Source: Nitrospinaceae bacterium
GTDB taxonomy: Bacteria; Nitrospinota; Nitrospinia; Nitrospinales; Nitrospinaceae
Direction: 5' to 3'
DNA length: 64,000 nt
NCBI GenBank assembly: GCA_029261395.1
Contig: JAJDBJ010000080.1
Location: 61,516-125,515 of the forward strand
Position 1 is the first letter of the stretch; the number at the start of each line of letters is the position of its first letter. A program made the position numbers and the translations under genes. Of this stretch, positions 53,073 through 60,658 are shown one piece after another. The notes below the pieces were generated by a model, which had not been told where the DNA came from, did no database searches, and saw only the letters and a program-made list of their open reading frames with translations.

Positions 53073-53843
53073 ATGCATCCCATTCTGGTTGAGTTCGGTT
53101 TTTTGAATCTCAAGATTTTCACCTACGGCCTTCTGGTGGCGACCGGTTTTTTTGCCGGGATCTTGCTAGCGGCTCGTTGGGCGAAACAGGATGGGCTGGA
53201 CCCGCAGAAAATCCTGGACCTGTGTTTTTATATCGCCATCGCCGCTCTGGTAGGTGGCCGCTCTCTCTATATTATCGTTGAATATCGATATTTTCTTGAT
53301 AATCCCCTTGAAGTGCTCAAATTCTGGAAGGGCGGGCTGGTTTTTTATGGTGGGCTGATCGGGGCCGTGGCGATGGCTTGGTACTACATGCGCAAACACT
53401 CACTTCCCATCTGGCAGGTCGCTGATATCCTGGCGCCTTGTCTGGCCGTTGGGCAAGCCGTCGGACGCTGGGGATGTTTTTTCGCAGGCTGCTGTTACGG
53501 AGTGCGTACCGATGTACCGTGGGCGATCACGTTCACGGATCCTAGGTCTCTTGCGCCGCTTGAGGTAGCCTTGCATCCTACTCAGATTTATCTTTCCATT
53601 AACGCGCTCGTCATTTTTGGAATCCTGGTCTGGTTGCGCAAACGCAAAACGTTTAACGGACAGGTATTCTGGGTGTACGGTATCCTGTATTCCATCGGCC
53701 GGTTCATCATCGAGTTTTACCGGGGCGATGACCGGGGATTTGCTGTGCCGGATACGCTTTCCACTTCCCAGTTCATTGGGATTTTCGTGTTAGGGTTATC
53801 GATTTATATGCTGATCCGGCTCCGCTCTCAAAAGCAGGCGTGA
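53073..53843 (+). CDS. lgt: Prolipoprotein diacylglyceryl transferase
   Basis: Typical Lgt pattern (YGLLVATGF, GGLVFYGGLIG, GRWGCFFAGCCYG, HPTQIY). Confidence 0.93.
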   Translation: MHPILVEFGFLNLKIFTYGLLVATGFFAGILLAARWAKQDGLDPQKILDLCFYIAIAALVGGRSLYIIVEYRYFLDNPLEVLKFWKGGLVFYGGLIGAVAMAWYYMRKHSLPIWQVADILAPCLAVGQAVGRWGCFFAGCCYGVRTDVPWAITFTDPRSLAPLEVALHPTQIYLSINALVIFGILVWLRKRKTFNGQVFWVYGILYSIGRFIIEFYRGDDRGFAVPDTLSTSQFIGIFVLGLSIYMLIRLRSQKQA

Positions 53844-53887
53844 CCCCACCCCCTCGGAACCTCTCCAAGCGAATAGAGTCTAAGTTT

Positions 53888-54910
53888 TCAACTGATGACG
53901 GTATAAAGGTAAAAGATGCAGGTCACGCTTAGGATGGGACCGCCCCAGATTTTCAGAGTCGACCAGGTCGCCAGGTCACTGACCAAATCCTTTTCCGACA
54001 TATTGCTGATGTAAAAGGGATTTGGTTTTTTCTGTTTGAAGATCAATTTGGTTTTGGAGGCCAGGTCCTCCAGCTTCTCTTTGCTGTACTTCGACTCCAG
54101 TTGCAGGGCCAGTATTTTGGCTCCCCGTTCCAGTTCCTCCTCGTCCAGTTGGCCATCCTGATTGGTATCGAACCGCGCTTTCAGTTTGTCGCTCTCCTGG
54201 ATCGCTTTTTTAGCTTTCAGAAATGTTTTGAACTTCATCTTTTTGCGTTTGGGGGCCCTCAGCCCGGAATCGGCATGGCCGAGGACAAAGATGTTTTCGC
54301 CCATGGAGAAATACCATTCCCGGAACCGGAACCGGTTTGAAAAGAGCCACGAGGTATTTTTCAATTTGAATTTTCTTAGTTTTGTTTGATTGGCCTCAAG
54401 AGACTGGCGTAATCCTATGGGCATTTGGTCAAAATTATTGGATTGCGTCTCGAAGTCCTGAGTGCCGCCTTTTCTTTTGATGACGGCTCCATCGACCAAT
54501 ACCATGGCATTGGCCCCACTTTTGTCATCGATAAAAAAGCCTTTACCCGAATTAAAGCTTTCGATGGTGACCCAACGCCCTCGGTTGAATCCGGTACTGG
54601 CGCTATGGCTTCCGAGAGAATTTCCACGGTAACTGCGGTTCCGTTCCCACCGTTGAATTTCTATGGAGTAAAAAGCGCAAGGACGCCCGCTGATGGGGGC
54701 CTGGACGATTTGACCTTTTTCGGAAACGATCCGGCCAGTGACCTCAACGTTGGTCCCGACGGCGCCAGTGTTTATTTTAGAGGTGGGGATATTCTGGATG
54801 ATGCGTTTGGATTTGAGTTCCTTGAATCCCGCGAAGAACAAGTAAATGCCGAGGCCCAGTCCTAACAAGGCCATGATCGGTTCGCTACCTTCTATATGGA
54901 TTCCACTCAT
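53888..54910 (-). CDS. Two-TM membrane protein with a GIDE-like domain and a canonical EF-hand
   Basis: N-terminal TM helix, GIDE-type segment (VEVTGRIVSEKGQIVQAPISGRPCAFYSIEI), EF-hand loop DTNQDGQLDEEE, C-terminal TM helix (ILSVTCIFYLYTVI). Confidence 0.7.
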   Translation of the reverse strand: MSGIHIEGSEPIMALLGLGLGIYLFFAGFKELKSKRIIQNIPTSKINTGAVGTNVEVTGRIVSEKGQIVQAPISGRPCAFYSIEIQRWERNRSYRGNSLGSHSASTGFNRGRWVTIESFNSGKGFFIDDKSGANAMVLVDGAVIKRKGGTQDFETQSNNFDQMPIGLRQSLEANQTKLRKFKLKNTSWLFSNRFRFREWYFSMGENIFVLGHADSGLRAPKRKKMKFKTFLKAKKAIQESDKLKARFDTNQDGQLDEEELERGAKILALQLESKYSKEKLEDLASKTKLIFKQKKPNPFYISNMSEKDLVSDLATWSTLKIWGGPILSVTCIFYLYTVIS

Positions 54911-54948
54911 GGTTACTACTGGGTTTATTAGGGCCTAAGCAAAACGAC

Positions 54949-55533
54949 TCAACTGAACTTGGGAATCTTGATATCGATTTTGACATCCTGGCGTTCTTTT
55001 TGGCTGACCTTGAACATGACTTCGTCTTGATAGCTGAGCATGCCCGCTACAAGAACGTCTGGAATTTGTTTGATGCGGATATTGTAGTTGTTGACGCTAT
55101 CGTTATAGAATTCCCGTCGGTCCGCCAGGGTTTCTTCCAGATGAGAGATGCGGTCCTGAAGTTGCATGAAGTTCTTGTTGGCTTTCAAGTCGGGATAACT
55201 TTCTGCCAGGGCGAATATGCCTTGCAGAGCCGCGGTAACTTCGTTGCTGGCTTCTGACTTTTTAGCGACGCCGCTTGCCTTGAAGTACTTTTCGCGAGCT
55301 CTCATGAGGCGGTCCAGAATTCCCGTTTCGAATTCTGAATAACTTTCGCAGACGGAAATCAGCTTGGGAAGCTCGTCATGACGCTGTTTTAGGATGACAT
55401 CGATGTTGGACCACGATTTCTTGATGTTTTCCTTCAGGGAGATCAGGCCGTTGTAAATGGTTATGAAATAACCAACGATGGCCAGTGCCCCGAAGAGGAA
55501 AATTCCCAAAAAAATTAAAATTCCTGTGCTCAT
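54949..55533 (-). CDS. lemA: LemA-family protein
   Basis: N-terminal TM helix plus YNGLISLKENIKKSWSNIDVILKQRHDELPKLI, the typical LemA core. Confidence 0.9.
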   Translation of the reverse strand: MSTGILIFLGIFLFGALAIVGYFITIYNGLISLKENIKKSWSNIDVILKQRHDELPKLISVCESYSEFETGILDRLMRAREKYFKASGVAKKSEASNEVTAALQGIFALAESYPDLKANKNFMQLQDRISHLEETLADRREFYNDSVNNYNIRIKQIPDVLVAGMLSYQDEVMFKVSQKERQDVKIDIKIPKFS

Positions 55534-55738
55534 CTATTTTTCCTTTGTCAATGAGGGTGGGCCGAACCCCTCCCTGTTTGGAATTATGTAGAGATGTCCA
55601 ATAACCTGAATAATGACTATGTTTTAAGGTTAAGGGAACCGCGATGAATAATCAAAGTTTTTTAAGGAATTGGCCTAAGAGGCCCTGTGCGAGAAGTGGG
55701 TGGGGTGGAATTTCCAATAGAGAAAGAGATTTTCGATT

Positions 55739-56002
55739 TTATAAGGAGTTTACGTCTTCTTCATCAACGATATTTTCCGCCAAACCGTCCTCGATAATAG
55801 CGTCGGCTAAATTGCCATAACCTCCCGTCTCATAATTTTCGACGTTTTCGCTGTCGAAGTCGTCAAAATAGACGGAATGTTCCTTTTCGCACCATTCTCG
55901 AATGGTGTTGCTGAATCTCAGGATTTTTTGCACCGCTTCCAATTTGTCCATAGATGTTCGATCCGTATTGATGATGGGTTGGTATGCCAAAATCCCGCGC
56001 AA
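55739..56002 (-). CDS. Small acidic protein of unknown function
   Basis: Open frame of 87 codons. Start is uncertain (TTG 56002 or ATG 55951, both with a weak RBS). Acidic C-terminal half. No motif recognised. Confidence 0.4.
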   Translation of the reverse strand: MRGILAYQPIINTDRTSMDKLEAVQKILRFSNTIREWCEKEHSVYFDDFDSENVENYETGGYGNLADAIIEDGLAENIVDEEDVNSL

Positions 56003-56064
56003 CTCAGTTGCAAAAAATTCATGGGATTATTTTAAAACGACTCTATAATATTAAAAGACATTGA

Positions 56065-56082
56065 TAGTGTAAATATACACTA
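56065..56082. promoter_or_regulatory. Palindrome TAGTGTA-AATA-TACACTA downstream of a consensus TATAAT (56044-56049)
   Basis: Read directly. Lies 32 nt upstream of the HDOD gene ATG. No good -35 hexamer found. Confidence 0.3.
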
Positions 56083-56113
56083 AAAAGAGAAAGGTAGTCC
56101 AAAGGATAAAAAT

Positions 56114-56950
56114 ATGGCAATAAAAATTAACGACTTGGTTGGATCCTGGGCGGCATCTCCACCTATATTGTATTACCAACTTCGTGAAAAACTGGATGAC
56201 CCCGAATCGAACTTCGATGATTTGGCCGCTATTATCAAAACTGATCCGGCAATGAGCGCGCGGCTTCTTAAAATCGTCAATAGCGCTTTTTATGGGTTCG
56301 ATGAAAAGATAGATACGTTATCGCATGCCTTGAATATTATAGGCACTGAGCAATTGACCGATCTGGCGTTGGCCGCAATAGTGACCAGCAAGTTTCAGGG
56401 TATTCCACGTGATCTGATTAATATGGAAAGCTTTTGGATGCACAGCATTGGCTGTGGTATTGCCGCCCGTAAAATAGCCAAGCGTATGGCGGACGTGGAA
56501 GCTGAAAAAATGTATCTGGGAGGAATGCTCCACGATATTGGAAGCTTGATTCTTTTCAAGGAGTTACCTGAGGACGCCAAAAAAATCCTGCTGCGTTGCC
56601 AGGAAACCGGGGAGAATCTCTTTAAAGTGGAAAAAGAGATGCTTGGCTACGATCATGCGGAAGTCGGAGCTTTGCTGTTGATGGAATGGAAACTTTCCGG
56701 AAGACTGGTGCAAATGGTGAAGTATCATCACCATCCCGTGAATGCAGGGGATTGTATAGAGGAGGCCTGTATCATTGCCCGGGCGGATGCTCTGGTTTGC
56801 GAAATGAAAATCGGAAGTAGCGGAGAACCGGGAGTGCCCGAATTGGATCCGATGGTTTTGGAGAGGGTTCCCCTATCCGACGGAGAAATTAACGGATTAA
56901 AAGAAGAAATCACCGTGCAGGTAGACGACACGGTTCGAATGTTCTTTTAG
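56114..56950 (+). CDS. HDOD-domain signalling protein
   Basis: HDOD pattern (MSARLLKIVNSAFYG, GGMLHDIGSLILF, GYDHAEVGALLL). Confidence 0.88.
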   Translation: MAIKINDLVGSWAASPPILYYQLREKLDDPESNFDDLAAIIKTDPAMSARLLKIVNSAFYGFDEKIDTLSHALNIIGTEQLTDLALAAIVTSKFQGIPRDLINMESFWMHSIGCGIAARKIAKRMADVEAEKMYLGGMLHDIGSLILFKELPEDAKKILLRCQETGENLFKVEKEMLGYDHAEVGALLLMEWKLSGRLVQMVKYHHHPVNAGDCIEEACIIARADALVCEMKIGSSGEPGVPELDPMVLERVPLSDGEINGLKEEITVQVDDTVRMFF

Positions 56951-56968
56951 TCACAACTTTTATTGGTC

Positions 56969-57211
56969 ATGGAAAAATCTAAACCTAAATTTTGTGTAGG
57001 ACAACTGATCCATCATAAAAAGTTTAACTATCATGGGGTAGTGCTGGGTGTCGATCTGGAGTTTGGTAATACTGAGGAATGGTATGAGATCATGGCCCAG
57101 AGCCGTCCCCCAAAAAATCAACCTTGGTATCATGTCAAAGTTCATGGCCAGGAAAACGTTCGTTACGTCGCCGAAAGGCATCTGGAAACCGATCCCTCCA
57201 TTATGAATTGA
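56969..57211 (+). CDS. hspQ: HspQ/YccV-like hemimethylated-DNA-binding domain protein
   Basis: FCVGQLIHHKKFNYHGVVLGVD, PWYHV, YVAERHLE. ATG at 56969 preferred over the TTG at 56963. Confidence 0.85.
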   Translation: MEKSKPKFCVGQLIHHKKFNYHGVVLGVDLEFGNTEEWYEIMAQSRPPKNQPWYHVKVHGQENVRYVAERHLETDPSIMN

Positions 57212-57255
57212 TTGGGTTTGTATTTCTCCTGTCTGAACATCTGAACAATTGAAAC

Positions 57256-57513
57256 ATGTCTTCCTCCCCTGCCACTCTCCAATGGATGACCGCATTTGTT
57301 TTGTTGGTCCTTTTTGCCTGGGTTCTTTTGTCGTTACTGTGGGATGTTGTTCCCGCTCCCTGGCTCAATACAGATAAGCCTCAAAAGAGAATGATTGGAG
57401 TCGTTCTATTGGTCGTGATTGGACTGTTGAACTATTCTTTTGCCAGCGAGGTTTTGAGGTGGGTTTGGATGGGAATTCGGCATCTTCTGGGAATTGACCT
57501 GGAGGGGCTGTAA
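57256..57513 (+). CDS. Small two-TM membrane protein, function unknown
   Basis: 85 aa with two hydrophobic helices. No motif recognised. Confidence 0.55.
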   Translation: MSSSPATLQWMTAFVLLVLFAWVLLSLLWDVVPAPWLNTDKPQKRMIGVVLLVVIGLLNYSFASEVLRWVWMGIRHLLGIDLEGL

Positions 57514-57737
57514 TGGGTCTCTTTGTCGGCTGGTTTTAGCCCCTCGAGAAGCCTGTTTTTTGTTGATTTTTAAAGAGTTATCATACATACTCTAGTTCCT
57601 GGCCTCGAGGCCTTGGTGGTTTTTTCATGAAATCCTCCGATGTCTCGAAATATTGATCTAACGCATTAAATGATCATTTCCCATATTGTCCGCGCATTTT
57701 TTGAAATTTAAGTCTTCGCCTTCGAGCCAAAAATCCC

Positions 57738-59756
57738 ATGAATCATGTAAAAGAGCCCGGCCCAACTAGAAACTCCAGCCCGTTAATAGGGCAAATGGAA
57801 TGTGAAAACCAATGGTATTCGTCGGTTTTTGAATTCTTGAAATCCATCGAATCAACTCAGCAGGATAGCGTTCGGGATATTTCACTCAACCCCTTGTTTG
57901 AGAAGACCTACCGTTACTTGAATCATATTCTTCGTTTTCGGAACGGCGCGTTTTACCTGGCTGAAGAACAAGAGAACAATTTTACTTTGGAATACTGGCA
58001 ACCCGTTTCCCGTGAATCCTTGTTCCGTCGCCATATCGCCTCCTTGGTCAAGAGCAGTGAGTTTGATTGGCACAGGGAGTCGGATCGCCCATTTGTTTAT
58101 TACGATAAAGAGTCATGTTCCGCCCTGTTTATGCAGGCCATCGCAACTTCCAACCATTGTTTTGGTGTGTTCGCAGGAATGTATGAAGTAAGCCTGCTCC
58201 CCGACAAGTCTCATGAGAAGTTGAACCGAGTGTCCGCTATTTTGCAGAAATTAGGTCAAGTTCTGGAGGGGATTTTTCCCCGAAGCGATGCTTCACGAAT
58301 CAATGACCCGGTAAAAGAGGAGTCGGCGTCACTAACTGATATTGAGAGTCTGAATGTGGCTTCCTCCAGCGAGGATACTTACTGGCCACAAGGGCAGGAG
58401 GTATTTCACAAGCAACCTTTTCATGATTTTGTGACAGAGCTTCCCAGTCGGGCTCTGGTGGAGGACCGGTTGAACATGGCTTTGGCTCATGCCCGGTATA
58501 GCGGTGAAAAAGTGGCTGTTTTGATTTTGGATATCGATAATTTCAAAAGAGTGAATGATTTTATGGGAATCCCTGCAGGAGATATGTTGCTTAAAAACCT
58601 GTCTCAGCGGATCCGGAAATCTTTAAGGGAGGAAGACACTCTGGGGCGTCAGGGTGGTGATGAATTCATCATGTTGCTTCCTGATATCCATTTGATTCAA
58701 GATGTCGAATTCCGAGTTCAAAAAATACTGGATGGCATTCGCGGTTCCTTCGAGTTTGAAGGGCAGGAGATTCACGCCAGTTGCAGTGTGGGGATCGCCG
58801 TTTATCCGGATGATGCGGAAGATACAGCCGGGTTGATCCAAAAGGCGAAAGCCGCCATGTGCCAGGCTAAAGAAGAAGGCAAGGACCGGCATAAGTTTTT
58901 CAAACCCTTCATGCTTTCCAAAGGGTATCGGCAGATGAATCTCGAGAATTCCCTTCGCAAGGCTCTCGATCGAGATGAGTTTCAATTGCATTTCCAACCG
59001 AAGATGTCCATTCAAACCGGTAAGGTTGAAGGTATGGAAGCTCTCCTCAGGTGGAACCATCCCGAAGGCGGATTGATTTACCCTTCAGAGTTTGTGCCGA
59101 TTGCGGAGGAGATAGGTTTGATACAGCCGATTGGGGAATGGGTTCTGCTCAATGCCTGTCAGCAGATTAAAGCCTGGAAGAGGGCGGGCTTGCCTCCGAT
59201 CAGTATTGCGGTGAATCTTTCCGGATACCAGGTGAATCAGCCTCATTGGATTTCGAAGGTTCAAACAATTCTGGAACGAACAGGAGTCGATCCGAAATTT
59301 CTTGAAATGGAGATTACCGAAACCGTTTTGATGGATAATTCGGATGTGGCGTTATCGAACTTGCGTCAACTGGATGAAATGGGAATCCGAATTTCAATCG
59401 ACGATTTTGGCACTGGGTACTCTTCGCTTTCCTATTTGAAGCGTTTTCCCATTCATGCGCTGAAAATTGACCAATCCTTTGTTCGCGGTATCGGTAATTT
59501 GGGTACAGAAACCGATGCAGTAATCATCAAGGCTATCGTTTCAATTGCGCAGGCGTTGAATCTGAAAACTGTCGCGGAGGGAGTGGAGCAGGTGCAGGAG
59601 AAGACCTACCTCGAATCCATCGGGTGTGATGACATGCAGGGGTATCTGTTCAGCAAACCCTTGCCGGTGGAGCAGATCAATTACATGTTTACCCGAAATC
59701 TGGAGAATCCGGTGCGCAACTATTGGCCGTCGGAAAGTATTCCCCAAGTGGTCTAA
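57738..59756 (+). CDS. Sensor-GGDEF-EAL protein (diguanylate cyclase / phosphodiesterase)
   Basis: GGDEF with the I-site REED five residues upstream (REEDTLGRQGGDEF). EAL motifs EALLRW, EITE, DDFGTGYSSL, KIDQSF, EGVE, QGYLFSKP. The N-terminal 200 aa or so form an unassigned sensor region. Confidence 0.93.
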   Translation: MNHVKEPGPTRNSSPLIGQMECENQWYSSVFEFLKSIESTQQDSVRDISLNPLFEKTYRYLNHILRFRNGAFYLAEEQENNFTLEYWQPVSRESLFRRHIASLVKSSEFDWHRESDRPFVYYDKESCSALFMQAIATSNHCFGVFAGMYEVSLLPDKSHEKLNRVSAILQKLGQVLEGIFPRSDASRINDPVKEESASLTDIESLNVASSSEDTYWPQGQEVFHKQPFHDFVTELPSRALVEDRLNMALAHARYSGEKVAVLILDIDNFKRVNDFMGIPAGDMLLKNLSQRIRKSLREEDTLGRQGGDEFIMLLPDIHLIQDVEFRVQKILDGIRGSFEFEGQEIHASCSVGIAVYPDDAEDTAGLIQKAKAAMCQAKEEGKDRHKFFKPFMLSKGYRQMNLENSLRKALDRDEFQLHFQPKMSIQTGKVEGMEALLRWNHPEGGLIYPSEFVPIAEEIGLIQPIGEWVLLNACQQIKAWKRAGLPPISIAVNLSGYQVNQPHWISKVQTILERTGVDPKFLEMEITETVLMDNSDVALSNLRQLDEMGIRISIDDFGTGYSSLSYLKRFPIHALKIDQSFVRGIGNLGTETDAVIIKAIVSIAQALNLKTVAEGVEQVQEKTYLESIGCDDMQGYLFSKPLPVEQINYMFTRNLENPVRNYWPSESIPQVV

Positions 59757-59796
59757 AAAAAAGAAGCGGTTGAGGGATCTCTCCCGCAACCGCTTC
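59755..59796 (-). terminator. Strong intrinsic terminator of the ferredoxin gene
   Basis: Minus strand: GAAGCGGTTG...CAACCGCTTC (10-bp stem with an inner GGGA/TCCC stem) followed by eight T residues. Confidence 0.8.
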
Positions 59797-59818
59797 GAAT
59801 ATCTAAATTATTTTAATC

Positions 59819-60157
59819 TTACAGGCTGGCGTTCTTTCGATCCGGATTTCTGAACAAAGACGTTTCGTTGGTCAGGTCATCCAGCGCCGGGAAATCCTGG
59901 TCGGGATGAATCTTGGCAGCTTTGGTCAGCAATTCTTCTTCGGATTCTTTTTTGTCTTCATCAGGGATACAACAGTCTACCGGGCAGACTTCCTGACACG
60001 CTTCCTCACCGTGAAACCCAACGCATTCCGTGCAGAGATCGGGATCGATGTAATAGATGTCGACTCCACCCTTGGTTCCATCATCGATTGCCTCGTTCGG
60101 GCACTCAGGTTCACAAACACCACAGTTGATACATTCTTCAGTGATAATGGTTGCCAT
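59819..60157 (-). CDS. 2[4Fe-4S] ferredoxin (YfhL-like) with a C-terminal extension
   Basis: CINCGVCEPECP and CTECVGFHGEEACQEVCPVDCC. Confidence 0.9.
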   Translation of the reverse strand: MATIITEECINCGVCEPECPNEAIDDGTKGGVDIYYIDPDLCTECVGFHGEEACQEVCPVDCCIPDEDKKESEEELLTKAAKIHPDQDFPALDDLTNETSLFRNPDRKNASL

Positions 60158-60386
60158 GAGCTCTATCCTTTTTTAAAAGTTAATCTAAAATTTATTTCTA
60201 TCTATACAAAAGCAAGAAACGCTTGTCTTATAATTGAGGGCGGTATGATAACAAAACGACTTTTGAAATAAAATAAAAATTCCGCTAATTCAAAGAAAAA
60301 TAAACTAATCGGTCCTGGGATTTATTTCAAGGATAAACTAACAGTAGACTGGAGCCGGATTGAGTTTCAACCTCTCAATATAATAA

Positions 60387-60419
60387 GGGGAATTCCCCGA
60401 ACCGGCCCCAGGGGGCCGG
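60387..60419 (-). terminator. Tandem hairpins downstream of tRNA-fMet
   Basis: Minus strand: CCGGCCCC/GGGGCCGG hairpin, then the GGGGAATTCCCC palindrome, followed by TTATTATATT. Confidence 0.5.
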
Positions 60420-60445
60420 AAACATACTTAACGTGTTGAAATATT

Positions 60446-60522
<77 letters not shown>

Positions 60523-60658
60523 TCGATTTATTTTTACGGCAAAAACTTAACTAGGTTTAAGGTAATATACAGATTCTAAAGGATTGTCAAGGTTTAATCC
60601 GATTGCCCATTCCTCAAGGGCGCCTGAAGCCCTCCCGATTTGTTATGATGATGACACG

